From: Armatimonadota bacterium
GTDB taxonomy: Bacteria; Armatimonadota; Fimbriimonadia; Fimbriimonadales; GBS-DC
Length of the DNA stretch: 45,029 nt
Reading direction: 5' to 3'
Assembly: GCA_037442385.1 (NCBI GenBank)
Contig: JBBIQJ010000003.1
Location: 1-45,029, forward strand
Shown: piece after piece, positions 9,280 through 19,593 of the stretch
Layout: each line of letters starts with the position of its first letter
Position numbering within the stretch: position 1 is the first letter of the stretch
Notes under the pieces: model-generated
What the model was told of the DNA's origin: nothing
The model's database searches: none
The model's input: the letters and a program-made list of their open reading frames with translations, nothing else
Made by a program: the position numbers and the translations under genes

Positions 9280-10279
9280 GCGACTCTATGTGCTGAGCTA
9301 ACACCGCCTCGAACGCTTCCAGAGTCGGCGCTTTGACAGCCTCCGCATGCAGCTGATGCAAGGTTTGGAGGTCCGTTATCTGCTGCAGGCGATAGGCGAC
9401 TGCTTCAGGTACAGCCCCAAATCGCAGTTCCAGCGTTTGCAGAATGCCTTGTTGCAGTCCTTGTTGCAGTCCTTGTTGCAGTCCTTGTTGCAGTCCTTGT
9501 TGCAGTCCTTGTTGCAGTCCCTTCTTGGCGCCTTCTTCCAGCGCTACCAGCTCGAGGCTGGTGAGCCGGCGGATGCGCTTCTTGCGCTGAACCTCTCGCA
9601 CGACTTCTGCCACCTGACGCTCCAGTTCCTTGGGAAGTGCCATGATTGCGTCCACCTCCGCGTATAGCTCCGCGATGTATCGTTTAGTATACCCACCTTC
9701 CAGCAGTTTGCGTATCATGCGCACCTTTTCCTGAAACAGGAGTTCGGGATTGCCCCGCAGGCGCAGGGCGTTCAAATGTGCCAGCGTGATGACCGCAATT
9801 GGATTGCGGCTCTGTTCCAATCGCTGGGGGTCTAGGTCCAGCAACTTGACGGTCATGAACTCAAACACCAGCTGGAACTGGGCAATCTTTTTATGCAGGC
9901 GTCGTGGGCGCCAGTTCGGATTCGAATCTGCTAGTATCGCCAGGCAGATGACCTCTTTATTGTAGGTCAGGCGCAGGTGTAGATAGTAGTCCAGCATGCG
10001 CTCTTCAAAGAAGGGGTCAGGCTGAACTTGGATTTCGATATGCACTACCAGCAGACACGAGTTGCCGTTTTTGAGGTGAACCAGCACCACAATATCGGGT
10101 CGGCGCCCTTTGCTGTAGGGCGAATGCACGCGGCGCAGCTCCACATTCAGGAACTCAAAGCCGCGTTTCCAGTCAATCAAGCGATACAAACTCGGAAAAA
10201 AGAAGCGTATGCACTGGGGAAAGAAGGTGCGCACCGCTTCTTTCCAGTAGGCATCAAAGCGTGCATGCGGTCTCCTCAT
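9260..10279 (-). CDS. Rpn/YhgA-like PD-(D/E)XK recombination-promoting nuclease family protein
   Basis: D..WKE...FF...FFFP.....IDW, RRPD...HIEIQ, FEERM..Y, NP.A, GLQQ repeats and an L.LRFG.VP C-terminal domain. ATG 10279 lies just below a promoter motif. Confidence 0.82.
   Translation of the reverse strand: MRRPHARFDAYWKEAVRTFFPQCIRFFFPSLYRLIDWKRGFEFLNVELRRVHSPYSKGRRPDIVVLVHLKNGNSCLLVVHIEIQVQPDPFFEERMLDYYLHLRLTYNKEVICLAILADSNPNWRPRRLHKKIAQFQLVFEFMTVKLLDLDPQRLEQSRNPIAVITLAHLNALRLRGNPELLFQEKVRMIRKLLEGGYTKRYIAELYAEVDAIMALPKELERQVAEVVREVQRKKRIRRLTSLELVALEEGAKKGLQQGLQQGLQQGLQQGLQQGLQQGILQTLELRFGAVPEAVAYRLQQITDLQTLHQLHAEAVKAPTLEAFEAVLAQHIESPTPQTE
9447..9518. repeat. Perfect 12-bp tandem repeat (CCTTGTTGCAGT)x6 encoding (GLQQ)6
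   Basis: Six exact copies read directly; in frame within the Rpn C-terminus. Confidence 0.97.
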
Positions 10280-10288
10280 AACTTGAGA

Positions 10289-10316
10289 GATTCTAAAGAA
10301 TGGTGATTTATCCTGC
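10289..10316 (-). promoter_or_regulatory. SigH-like promoter motif GCAGGA-N17-GAATC upstream of the Rpn gene
   Basis: Fills the 40-bp thiL-rpn gap and ends 9 nt before the ATG. Confidence 0.55.
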
Positions 10317-10319
10317 GAT

Positions 10320-11294
10320 TCATCCAAAATGGTCCCAACCGTGAAAAGTCCACGGCAGGCGCTGTCCCGTTTCGTCTTCCAGCCAGAGTTCGGGTTCTGC
10401 AGTAATTTCCCCAATTTTGGCTACGGGCGTGCCCGTTTCAGCCGCGATGCGAGAGGCGAGTTCTCTGGCGCCATCTGGCGGGGCGGTGAAGAGCAGCTCG
10501 TAATCCTCGCCACCCAGCATGGCAAAAAGAGCAGGGTCTTCGCCATGTGAAAACGCCCAATCACGTGCCACCGAGTGAACAGGGATGGCTGACTTAAAAA
10601 CGATTGCCCCCTTGCCTGACGCCTGGAGCAGTTTGGGTAGGTCGGCTGCCAAGCCATCGCTTAGATCCATCATTGCGCTGGCACCCCCTGCTCGCGCAAG
10701 TTGACCCTCTCGCAAACGGGGCACTGGCTGGAGATGCGGAGACAAATCAACTCCCTGAGCGTTCGCCTCCAGCAGTGCGTGCAAGCCAGCGCGGCTTCCG
10801 CCCAGCGCGCCCGTCACCATCAGCCAGTCGCCTGGCTGCGCCCCAGAGCGCAAAACAGGCTTGCCGTCTACTGTGCCCAGCACGGTTATGTCCAGCACCA
10901 CTCGCTCCGCACGGTTGCTGTCGCCTCCCACCAGCGCACACCCATACTGACGCCCACACGCCGCCAGTCCCGATGCCAGCTCGGGGAGCCATGTTTCGGT
11001 CAGATGCGGCGGCGCCGCAAATGAGAACAACGCCACTGCAGGCGTTCCCCCCATCGCGGCAATATCACTCAGGTTCACCGCCAGTGCTTTCCAGCCCAGC
11101 GCGTGGGCGTCCGTCCAGTCCATGCGGAAATGCACTCCTTCCACCAGCATGTCCACAGTAAGCAAGAGCGTGCGCCCTTTGATGCGCAGCACGGCACAAT
11201 CGTCCCCAATCCCCGTCGCCACCTCCAGGGTCAGCGAGTCAGGAGGCGCCCCTGCAATCTGTGCAATCCGGGCAATCAGGTCGCTTTCACGCAT
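10320..11294 (-). CDS. thiL: Thiamine-monophosphate kinase
   Basis: GIGDDCAV, DMLVEGVHF, GWKALAVNLSDIAAMGG, GGD, MMDLSDGL, GGEDYELLFT, GWDHF. Confidence 0.95.
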   Translation of the reverse strand: MRESDLIARIAQIAGAPPDSLTLEVATGIGDDCAVLRIKGRTLLLTVDMLVEGVHFRMDWTDAHALGWKALAVNLSDIAAMGGTPAVALFSFAAPPHLTETWLPELASGLAACGRQYGCALVGGDSNRAERVVLDITVLGTVDGKPVLRSGAQPGDWLMVTGALGGSRAGLHALLEANAQGVDLSPHLQPVPRLREGQLARAGGASAMMDLSDGLAADLPKLLQASGKGAIVFKSAIPVHSVARDWAFSHGEDPALFAMLGGEDYELLFTAPPDGARELASRIAAETGTPVAKIGEITAEPELWLEDETGQRLPWTFHGWDHFG

Positions 11295-11389
11295 CAGGGG
11301 GAGTATACCTCTGAAACCCACCGCTCTCGACGGAGTAAGGGAACTTACCGATAATCATGGAGTATCCTATTATAGGGGATGAGGAACCG

Positions 11390-12829
11390 ATGACTCAGAG
11401 CGAACGCGCCGAGCTGGAACGCTGGATTGAGATGATTTACGAAAAAGCCCTGGAACTGGGCTTGGATCCCTATCCCGTGCATTTTGAGGTCGTGCCTGCG
11501 CATGTGATTTACGAGCTGGGCGCTTACGCGCTGCCAGCGCGCTTCTCCCACTGGACCTTCGGGCGTGATTACCATGTGCAGAAAACGATGTATGAGTACG
11601 GCGTCAGCCGAATCTATGAGCTGGTCTTCAATACCGACCCCGCGCAGGCGTTCCTGCTGGATGTGAACGACATGCTGGCGCACAAGCTGGTCGTCGCCCA
11701 TGTGTATGGGCACTCCGACTTTTTCAAAAACAACATCTACTTCGAGCATACCGACCGTAAGATGATCGAGCGGGCGCGCCTGCACGCCGAGCGGATCCGC
11801 GACTATGAGGCGCGTTATGGACCGCTGGTAGTGGAGCAGTTTCTGGACGCCGTGCTGGCAATAGAGGAGCATATTGACCCCGTTCTGCCTACCTACGAAA
11901 GCGGGGCGCGCCCCAAAGCCCAGCCCACCGAAGAGGCTCCCACAGGCGATACTTATGAGGACATCTTTTACATGGTCCAGCCCAAACCCAAGCCTGAACC
12001 CCGTAAGCAGAAAATCCCCCCAGAACCGATGAAGGATTTGCTGCTGTTCCTGCGCGACTATTCGCGTGTGTTGGAAGATTGGCAACGCGATATTATCAGT
12101 ATGATTCGTGAGGAGATGATTTACTTTTTGCCACAAATTAAAACAAAGATAATGAATGAGGGCTGGGCGACATTCTGGCATGAGCGTATTCTTGAAAACC
12201 TGCCCCTTACTCCCGATGAGCATGTCCAGTTCCGCAAGATGCACGCATCGGTGATTCAGCCTGGCTCACGGCTGAGTATCAACCCCTACTATGTGGGCTA
12301 CAAAATCTTCCGCGACATCGAGCGGCGCTGGAACGGAGAAGTAGACCCCGAAGAGTACGAAACCGACTGGATGGGCTATCCCGTGGAGCGTCCCAAGGGG
12401 CAGGGGCTACAGAAAATCTTTGAGGTGCGCCAGCTGGAGTGCGATCAGAGTTTCCTGCATAAATATCTGACCGAACGGCTGGTGCGCGAGCTGGATCTTT
12501 ACACCTATCGCGTGGAAGAGCGCGACGGCGAGCTGGTGTGGGTGGTGGATGAAACTGACTGGCGTAAGGTGAGAAATGCGTTTGTAGACCAGCTCACCAA
12601 CTTCGGCGTGCCTGTGATTACGGTGGAGGACGGCGACTGGGAGCATCGGGGCGAGCTTTACCTGAAACACCACTACGATGGCAAACCGATCGATATCGAG
12701 CGCACGGCGCGGTGCTTGCGCTACATCTATAAGCTCTGGGGACGCCCCGTTCATCTGGAAACCTGGATTGACGACGAGCAGGTTCTGCTCTCATTTGACG
12801 GCAGCGCCTTCACTCAGCACGCGATTTAG
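11390..12829 (+). CDS. spoVR: SpoVR/YcgB family protein
   Basis: PARFSHWTFG, IYELVFN, AHVYGHSDFFKNN, TKIMNEGWATFWH, NPYYVG, LWGRPVHLET. GAGG SD before ATG 11390 (alternative start 11357). Confidence 0.92.
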   Translation: MTQSERAELERWIEMIYEKALELGLDPYPVHFEVVPAHVIYELGAYALPARFSHWTFGRDYHVQKTMYEYGVSRIYELVFNTDPAQAFLLDVNDMLAHKLVVAHVYGHSDFFKNNIYFEHTDRKMIERARLHAERIRDYEARYGPLVVEQFLDAVLAIEEHIDPVLPTYESGARPKAQPTEEAPTGDTYEDIFYMVQPKPKPEPRKQKIPPEPMKDLLLFLRDYSRVLEDWQRDIISMIREEMIYFLPQIKTKIMNEGWATFWHERILENLPLTPDEHVQFRKMHASVIQPGSRLSINPYYVGYKIFRDIERRWNGEVDPEEYETDWMGYPVERPKGQGLQKIFEVRQLECDQSFLHKYLTERLVRELDLYTYRVEERDGELVWVVDETDWRKVRNAFVDQLTNFGVPVITVEDGDWEHRGELYLKHHYDGKPIDIERTARCLRYIYKLWGRPVHLETWIDDEQVLLSFDGSAFTQHAI

Positions 12830-13637
12830 CCTGCTGGAGGAGGCGCTCCACAGCCTCCATATCGCCTTTCTGGAGGGCGTCTGCCAGGGCATCCAGTTGG
12901 GTACGCAGGTGGGCAAGCCACTCCAGCAGTGCCTCGCGATTGAGGGTGAGGATTTGCGCCCACAGAGCGGGGTCGCTCTGCGCTACGCGTGTCGCGGAAC
13001 GCCAGCTGCCCCCTCCTGCCAGGTGTGTCGGCGACTGCGCCGCAAGCGACTGTAGGCTGAACGCCAGCACATGGGGCAGGTGACTCAATAACGCCATTTC
13101 GCGATCGTGCGCCTCGGCATCCATCAGTACAGGGGTTGCCCCCAGATGAAGCGCCATCTGGCATACTGTCTCGATGGCATCGAGGTGGGTTTCGAATGTG
13201 GGCGTTAGTACCCACTGGGCGCCGTGAAACAGGTCGTGCCGAGCCGATTCCCAGCCATGATGTTCCGTGCCTGCAATTGGATGCCCACCTACGAACTGCG
13301 CCGGGTAAGGAAGCCGCTGTCTTGCCCAATTCAGCACGGGCGACTTCACACTTGCCGTATCTGTCAACACATGCGCGGGAGAAAGGTGTGGGGCAAGCTG
13401 CTCAAACAGCGTGGGCAAAGCGGCGGGCGGTGTGGCGATTAAAATCAGTTCTGCTTGAGCACACTCCTGCAGGCTGACGGCGGCATGGTCGATCGCGCCG
13501 ATGGACAGCGCTCCCTCGCAAGCGCGGTGGTCCATATCATAACCGAGCCGCCGCTCAAAAAGGGGCTTCGGGAGCGCACCTAACCCCAGCCCGACCGAAG
13601 CCCCTATGCCTCCCAAGCCGATAATGGCAATCTGCAC
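12810..13637 (-). CDS. tyrA: Prephenate/arogenate dehydrogenase
   Basis: IIGLGGIG Rossmann motif, TDTASVK, GGHPIAGTE, HD....SHLPH, TRVA.SDP.LW. GTG 13637 preferred (6 nt below TTTAAT); TTG 13673 is the alternative. Confidence 0.88.
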   Translation of the reverse strand: MQIAIIGLGGIGASVGLGLGALPKPLFERRLGYDMDHRACEGALSIGAIDHAAVSLQECAQAELILIATPPAALPTLFEQLAPHLSPAHVLTDTASVKSPVLNWARQRLPYPAQFVGGHPIAGTEHHGWESARHDLFHGAQWVLTPTFETHLDAIETVCQMALHLGATPVLMDAEAHDREMALLSHLPHVLAFSLQSLAAQSPTHLAGGGSWRSATRVAQSDPALWAQILTLNREALLEWLAHLRTQLDALADALQKGDMEAVERLLQQAKSRAE

Positions 13638-13685
13638 TCGTTGATTAAACCCCACGAGTTGATGCGTTTGCAACCTCCCGCTTTC

Positions 13686-14159
13686 TCACTGCGTGATGAA
13701 GGCGGTGAAATAGACCTCCAGCACGCTCTCTTTCTCGTGGGTCTTGTGTTCCAGCACTTCATTAATGCGTTCGCGGATTTGTTCCTTGATTTTGTACTTG
13801 CCTTCGAGCGAATGTAGCTCGGACTTGGTGCGCCCCGCGAACGCCATCAGCACGGCATCTTTGAGGGCGGGGAGTTCTTCCTTCATATGTCCGCCATCGA
13901 TGCCTTCTTTGAGACCGATTGCGACGCCGACTTTCAGGTAGGAATCCTCGCCCAGGTTGATTAAGAACTCGCCCAGGTCCAGCGTGCTGCCTACTTTGGG
14001 CGGCTTGGGTTCGGGCGGAGCCTTGCTACCCATCATGTTCTTCCCGACGAAGATGCCGCCCGCCAATCCAGCGACCAGCACAATTACAATCATCAGCATA
14101 GGGCTTTTGCCCTTGCTCTCGCCACCTTCTTTTGGGGCTTTTTCCTTCTTGCCAGCCAT
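13686..14159 (-). CDS. fliL: Flagellar basal body-associated FliL family protein
   Basis: Lys-rich N-terminus, one TM helix, LGEFLINL, YLKV, KDAV, EGK..IKEQI..RIN, VYFTAFITQ. Confidence 0.88.
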   Translation of the reverse strand: MAGKKEKAPKEGGESKGKSPMLMIVIVLVAGLAGGIFVGKNMMGSKAPPEPKPPKVGSTLDLGEFLINLGEDSYLKVGVAIGLKEGIDGGHMKEELPALKDAVLMAFAGRTKSELHSLEGKYKIKEQIRERINEVLEHKTHEKESVLEVYFTAFITQ

Positions 14160-14260
14160 AGGGATCTCACCAGAGCGATTATTCCACATCGGTGGGGTAT
14201 ACTTCCAGCAGGCGCGGCGCTCAGGGTAGTGGACTGACGGTCTGCACCGAAGGAGATCGC

Positions 14261-15877
14261 ATGCACTCAGATGACGAAGCTCGCCTGCGCAGTGAACTGG
14301 AGACTCTACAAAGCGAAAATAGTCGGCTCCGTGCGGAGATGGAACAACTCAAGAGGGACTCCGAACAGAAGCGACGACTGGAAGACGAACTTCGTGAGCG
14401 AGAAGCGCGCCTGCAACTGGTGTTGAACCAGCTGCCCGCGATTCTCTGCACCGTTGACTCCCATTTGCGGTTTACTTCGGCAAACGGAGCGGGATTGAGG
14501 CTTCTCGATCTGGATACCGGGCAAATTACAGGAAAGTCGGTAGCGGAAGTGCTGGCACCTCACGACCCGACTCCTGTGCTTGAAGCCCTGGCAGAAGCGC
14601 TGCAGGGGGTCCCAAAGGAGTTCGAGTACGAGTTCAAGAAGCGCCTATTTCAGGTGTGGCTGGAGCCGTTGCGGGGAGCGGATGGAAGTATGGAAGGTAT
14701 TATTGGCTTTGCGATTGACATCACCGACATCCGACGCCTGCAGATGCAGATTGATCAAGCGCAACGGCTGGAGAGCATCGGGCGACTAGCAGGCGGGATT
14801 GCGCATGACTTCAACAATGTGCTGGCGGGAATTAGTGGGTTTGCGGAACTGGCGCAAATGCAGCTCCCCGAGGAGCATCCCGCGCAGTCCTATCTGCGGC
14901 AGATTCGGGATGCCGTCGCGCGCTCCAGCCAGATGGTTAGCCAGCTGCTGGCGTTCGCGCGGCGGCGCGTGATTTATCCCCAACCTATGAGCCTGAATGA
15001 GCATCTCCAGCGCGTGCTGGGGATTTTACAGCAGATTCTGGGAGAAGACATCAAACTTAATTATTACCTGGATGAGCAGCTGGGCACCGTGCGAGCGGAC
15101 CCCGCACAGGTTGAGCAGGTGCTGGTGAATCTGGTCTCCAACGCGCGACAGGCGATGCCCCGCGGCGGCAGTCTCACGATTGAGACCCAGAATGTGGTGC
15201 TGGATGATGCCTATGTGGCAAGCCACTGGCAGGTCAAGCCAGGCGAATATGTGCTGATTGCCATCACCGATACGGGCGAGGGGATTGCTCCCGAACACCT
15301 GCCCCATCTGTTTGAGCCGTTTTACACTACCCATGAGGGGGGCACGGGACTGGGATTGGCGACCGTTCACGGAATTGTCAGCCAGGCGGGAGGCTATGTT
15401 TGGGTTTATAGTGAGCCGGGCAAAGGCACGACCTTCAAAATCTATCTGCCGCGCGTCCACGAGGCACCCCAGCCGCTGGAAAAAGTTCCCAATGAGGCTC
15501 CTGCACAGGGGGACGGAGCGCGCATCTTGCTGGTGGAAGATAACCCCGATGTGCTGGAGACCACCGCCGCGCTGTTGCGCTCTCTTGGCTATTCCGTTCA
15601 AACGGCTACCATGCCCAGTGAGGCAATGGCAATTGCTCAGTCGCATCCGATTGACCTGCTGATTACCGATGTGGTGCTACCTCAGATGCGCGGTAGTGCG
15701 CTCGCCCAGACCCTGCAAGCGTCGCACCCGAAGATGAAAGTGCTTTACATCTCAGGGTACACGGAGAATAGCATTATCGAGCAGGGCGAGCTAAAGCCGG
15801 GCGTGGCGTTTCTAGCGAAGCCTTACACGCTGAGCCAGCTCGCCGCCAAAGTGCGCGAAGTGCTAACACAGCCCTGA
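14261..15877 (+). CDS. Soluble hybrid sensor histidine kinase (coiled coil-PAS-HisKA-HATPase-REC, CckA-like architecture)
   Basis: AGGAG SD; [54 protein letters not shown]. Confidence 0.92.
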   Translation: MHSDDEARLRSELETLQSENSRLRAEMEQLKRDSEQKRRLEDELREREARLQLVLNQLPAILCTVDSHLRFTSANGAGLRLLDLDTGQITGKSVAEVLAPHDPTPVLEALAEALQGVPKEFEYEFKKRLFQVWLEPLRGADGSMEGIIGFAIDITDIRRLQMQIDQAQRLESIGRLAGGIAHDFNNVLAGISGFAELAQMQLPEEHPAQSYLRQIRDAVARSSQMVSQLLAFARRRVIYPQPMSLNEHLQRVLGILQQILGEDIKLNYYLDEQLGTVRADPAQVEQVLVNLVSNARQAMPRGGSLTIETQNVVLDDAYVASHWQVKPGEYVLIAITDTGEGIAPEHLPHLFEPFYTTHEGGTGLGLATVHGIVSQAGGYVWVYSEPGKGTTFKIYLPRVHEAPQPLEKVPNEAPAQGDGARILLVEDNPDVLETTAALLRSLGYSVQTATMPSEAMAIAQSHPIDLLITDVVLPQMRGSALAQTLQASHPKMKVLYISGYTENSIIEQGELKPGVAFLAKPYTLSQLAAKVREVLTQP

Positions 15878-15879
15878 CG

Positions 15880-15907
15880 GCAGGAGTACGAACTCACGCG
15901 GTGAACT
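15880..15907 (+). promoter_or_regulatory. SigH-like promoter motif GCAGGA-N17-GAACT
   Basis: Fills the 40-bp gap before the carboxyltransferase ATG at 15918. Confidence 0.55.
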
Positions 15908-15917
15908 CAAAAGCGCG

Positions 15918-17525
15918 ATGAGTGTGCTGCAGAGTCAGATCCGTACCAGCGACCCTGAGTTTCAGACGAACCGTGCGTATTACGAATCGCTCCTGCAACG
16001 GTATCGCGAAGCACTGGAATGGGCGCGTGCTGGGGGCGGCGCCGAAGCCTTAGCCAAACACCGCGCCCGCAACAAGCTCACCGCCCGCGAACGCATCCAG
16101 GCGCTGATAGACCCCGACACCCCCTTTCTGGAAATTGCGCCCCTCGCCGGATATGGACTCTATAACAACGAGGCGCCCTGCGCAGGTATCGTTACGGGCG
16201 TTGGCGTCATTCACGGCAAGGAGTGCATGATTATCGCCAACGACGCCACCGTCAAAGGCGGCACCTATTTCCCTATCACCGTCAAAAAACATCTGCGCGC
16301 TCAGGAAATTGCGATGGAGAATCGCCTCACCACGCTTTATCTGGTGGATTCGGGCGGCGCGTTTCTGCCCCTGCAGGCGGAGGTGTTCCCTGATCGCGAC
16401 CACTTCGGGCGCATCTTCTACAATCAGGCGCGCATGTCGGCGATGGGCATTCACCAGATTGCCGTCGTGATGGGGTCATGTACCGCTGGGGGCGCATATG
16501 TGCCCGCGATGAGCGACCAGACCATTATTGTGAAAAATCAGGGGACGATTTTTCTGGGGGGACCGCCGCTGGTCAAAGCCGCCACAGGCGAGGTGGTCAG
16601 TGCGGAGGAGCTGGGCGGCGCGGATGTGCATACGCGCCTTTCGGGCGTCGCTGACTACTTCGCCGAGAACGACACCCATGCCCTCCAGATGGCCCGCGAA
16701 CTGGTGGCGCACCTCAACCTCCGCAAGGAGTATCCCTTCGAACTGGCGCCTCCTGAAGACCCACTCTATGACCCCGCCGAGATTTACGGGATTATCCCGC
16801 GCGACCTGCGCCAGCCGTTTGAGGTACGCGAGATTATCGCCCGGATTGTGGACGGCAGCCGCTTCGTGGAGTTCAAAGCGCGCTACGGCACGACACTGGT
16901 GTGCGGCTTCGCCCATATTCACGGCTTTCCTGTGGGCATTATTGCGAACAACGGGATTCTCTTTTCAGAGAGCGCGCTCAAGGGGGCGCACTTTATTGAA
17001 ATCTGCTGTCAGCGCCGTATCCCACTGGTGTTTCTGCAGAACATCACGGGTTTCATGGTGGGTAAGAAGTACGAAAACGAAGGGATAGCGAAGCACGGTG
17101 CCAAAATGGTGATGGCGGTCGCGAACGCGCAGGTGCCCCAATTCACCGTGATTATCGGTGGCTCGTATGGGGCGGGCAACTACGCGATGTGTGGTCGTGC
17201 CTATCAGCCGCGCCTGCTCTGGATGTACCCCAACGCCCGAATCGCCGTGATGGGCGGCGAGCAAGCCGCGAATGTGCTGCTGACGGTGAAGTTAGACCAG
17301 CTCGCCGCGAAGGGGCAAACCATGTCCGCTGAAGAGCAAGAGGCTTTCAAAAAGCCGATTCTGGAGAAGTACGAGGAAGAGAGCAGCGCCTTCTACAGTA
17401 CCGCGCGCCTGTGGGACGATGGCATTATCGACCCTGTCGACACGCGCACGGTGCTGGCGCTCGGCATCTCGATGGCGTGCAACGCGCCTATCCCGGAAAC
17501 GAAGTTTGGGGTGTTTCGGATGTAG
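15918..17525 (+). CDS. mccB: 3-methylcrotonyl-CoA carboxylase beta (carboxyltransferase) subunit
   Basis: [64 protein letters not shown]-terminus. Confidence 0.9.
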   Translation: MSVLQSQIRTSDPEFQTNRAYYESLLQRYREALEWARAGGGAEALAKHRARNKLTARERIQALIDPDTPFLEIAPLAGYGLYNNEAPCAGIVTGVGVIHGKECMIIANDATVKGGTYFPITVKKHLRAQEIAMENRLTTLYLVDSGGAFLPLQAEVFPDRDHFGRIFYNQARMSAMGIHQIAVVMGSCTAGGAYVPAMSDQTIIVKNQGTIFLGGPPLVKAATGEVVSAEELGGADVHTRLSGVADYFAENDTHALQMARELVAHLNLRKEYPFELAPPEDPLYDPAEIYGIIPRDLRQPFEVREIIARIVDGSRFVEFKARYGTTLVCGFAHIHGFPVGIIANNGILFSESALKGAHFIEICCQRRIPLVFLQNITGFMVGKKYENEGIAKHGAKMVMAVANAQVPQFTVIIGGSYGAGNYAMCGRAYQPRLLWMYPNARIAVMGGEQAANVLLTVKLDQLAAKGQTMSAEEQEAFKKPILEKYEEESSAFYSTARLWDDGIIDPVDTRTVLALGISMACNAPIPETKFGVFRM

Positions 17526-18723
17526 CGTCGGCGCGGTCGTAAATCAGTTGCGCGACATGGTTCACATCTTTATCGCCGCGCCCCGAAAGGTTCACCAGAA
17601 CGACCGAGCCTTTCGGCAACTCTGCACTGAGTTTCACGAGATAGGCAAACGCGTGGGCGCACTCCAGCGCAGGGATAATCCCTTCCGTGCGGGTGACCCA
17701 GGCGAACGCCGAGAGCGCGTCTTCGTCGCTGACCGCCACATACTCGGCGCGCCTAATCTCTTTCAGGTAGGCGTGTTCAGGCCCAGAACCGGGGTAATCC
17801 AGCCCTGCGGAGACCGAGTGGGTGGTCCGAATCTGTCCGTCTTCGGTTTGCAGGATGAGGCTGGCAGAGCCGTGCAGGATGCCGTATTCGCCTGCGGTAA
17901 GGCTTGCGGCATGCTCCTCGGTGTCCAGCCCCTTGCCGCCGCCCTCCACGCCGATCAGGCGCACGCCCTCATCTTCTATAAACGGGTAGAAGATACCGAT
18001 CGCATTACTGCCTCCGCCGACACTGGCAAGCACCACATCGGGCAGGCGTCCTGCATAGTTCAATATCTGTTCACGCGCTTCTTCCCCAATCACCGCCTGA
18101 AAATCGCGCACCATCATGGGGTAGGGATGCGGTCCCACACATGAGCCGATGATGTAATGGGTGGTGCGCACATTGGTGACCCAGTCGCGGATAGCTTCGC
18201 TGGTGGCGTCTTTGAGGGTGGCGGTGCCGCTTCGGACGGGATGCACTTGGGCGCCGAGCAGAATCATGCGGAACACATTCAGCGCTTGGCGTTCCATATC
18301 TTCTGCGCCCATATAGATTTCACACTCCAATCCGAACAGCGCGCATGCGGTGGCGGTTGCGACGCCGTGTTGTCCCGCGCCTGTTTCGGCAATGATGCGC
18401 TTTTTGCCCATCTTTTTTGCCAGTAGCGCCTGCCCCAGCGCATTGTTGATTTTGTGGGCGCCTGTGTGGCACAGGTCTTCGCGCTTGAGGTAAATATCGT
18501 GTCCCAGCGCACGGCTCATGTTCACCGCATAGTAGAGCGGGGTAGGGCGCCCTGCGTAGGTGATGCGATAGTAGTTCAGTTCGCGCTGGAAGTCGGGGGC
18601 ATTTTTGTAGTGCAGGTAGGCTTCGGTTAACTCTTCCAGAGCAGGGATAAGCGTTTCAGGTACGAACCGCCCCCCATAGCGTCCGAAGTAGCCCTTCTCG
18701 TCGGGCATCTGATACGCTGGCAT
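17488..18723 (-). CDS. trpB: Tryptophan synthase beta chain (TrpB1)
   Basis: [62 protein letters not shown]. Confidence 0.96.
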   Translation of the reverse strand: MPAYQMPDEKGYFGRYGGRFVPETLIPALEELTEAYLHYKNAPDFQRELNYYRITYAGRPTPLYYAVNMSRALGHDIYLKREDLCHTGAHKINNALGQALLAKKMGKKRIIAETGAGQHGVATATACALFGLECEIYMGAEDMERQALNVFRMILLGAQVHPVRSGTATLKDATSEAIRDWVTNVRTTHYIIGSCVGPHPYPMMVRDFQAVIGEEAREQILNYAGRLPDVVLASVGGGSNAIGIFYPFIEDEGVRLIGVEGGGKGLDTEEHAASLTAGEYGILHGSASLILQTEDGQIRTTHSVSAGLDYPGSGPEHAYLKEIRRAEYVAVSDEDALSAFAWVTRTEGIIPALECAHAFAYLVKLSAELPKGSVVLVNLSGRGDKDVNHVAQLIYDRADATSETPQTSFPG

Positions 18724-18859
18724 GCGAAAAGTATACCATGCGTGGGATGCCTTTGCTTCCCTACCAACGGCGTTCGCACTCGAATCGGAGGCAGACGGCG
18801 AGGAACAGGAAGAGTGAGAACCCCGAAACCCACGGGTGCTGGGGTATACTTCAGGCGAT

Positions 18860-19588
18860 ATGAAACCCGTTATTGAAGTGCGCACTCTGACGAAAGACTA
18901 TCGGATGGGGAGCGTGATTGTGCATGCGCTGCGTGGGGTGGACCTCACTGTGATGCCCGGCGAGTTCGTGGCGATTATGGGGCCTTCTGGCTCGGGCAAG
19001 TCCACCTTCATGAATCTGATTGGTTGCCTGGACCGCCCCACGAGTGGGGAGTATTATCTGAACGGCGAGCCTGTCAGTCAGATGAGCGACGCCCAGCTGG
19101 CGCGAATCCGCAATCGCTATATCGGGTTCGTGTTTCAAACCTTCAACTTGTTGCCCCGCATGAGCGCGCTACGCAATGTGGAGCTGCCCCTACTGTACGC
19201 GGGCGTTCGCGACCGCACCGAACGCGCCAAACGCGCGCTGGAAATGGTGGGGCTTGCCGAACGCATGCACCACCGCCCTAACGAACTTTCAGGTGGGCAA
19301 CAGCAGCGCGTCGCGATTGCCCGCGCGATTGTAACGGACCCCGTGCTGATTCTGGCAGACGAGCCAACAGGGAATCTCGACTCGCGCTCCAGTGAGGAGA
19401 TTATGGCTATCTTCCAGAAGCTCAACCGCGAGGGGCGCACAATTGTGCTGGTGACCCACGAACCCGATATTGCCGAGCATGCGAAGCGCATCGTGCGCTT
19501 CCGCGACGGTAAGATCGTCTCCGATGAGCCTGTGCCCAACCCGCGTGAAGCCGCGATAGAGCTGGAAAAAATCCCCGTGTTAGACTGA
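18860..19588 (+). CDS. ABC transporter ATP-binding protein, LolD/MacB/FtsE-like
   Basis: [47 protein letters not shown]. Confidence 0.93.
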   Translation: MKPVIEVRTLTKDYRMGSVIVHALRGVDLTVMPGEFVAIMGPSGSGKSTFMNLIGCLDRPTSGEYYLNGEPVSQMSDAQLARIRNRYIGFVFQTFNLLPRMSALRNVELPLLYAGVRDRTERAKRALEMVGLAERMHHRPNELSGGQQQRVAIARAIVTDPVLILADEPTGNLDSRSSEEIMAIFQKLNREGRTIVLVTHEPDIAEHAKRIVRFRDGKIVSDEPVPNPREAAIELEKIPVLD

Positions 19589-19593
19589 GGGAA

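Noticed and set aside
9447-9518. Tandem repeat as a CRISPR array
   Set aside because: The 12-bp units have no spacers, they are in-frame coding, and there are no cas genes.
9260-10279. Rpn gene as an IS transposase
   Set aside because: No terminal inverted repeats or target duplication were seen, and this family is not shown to transpose despite legacy annotation.
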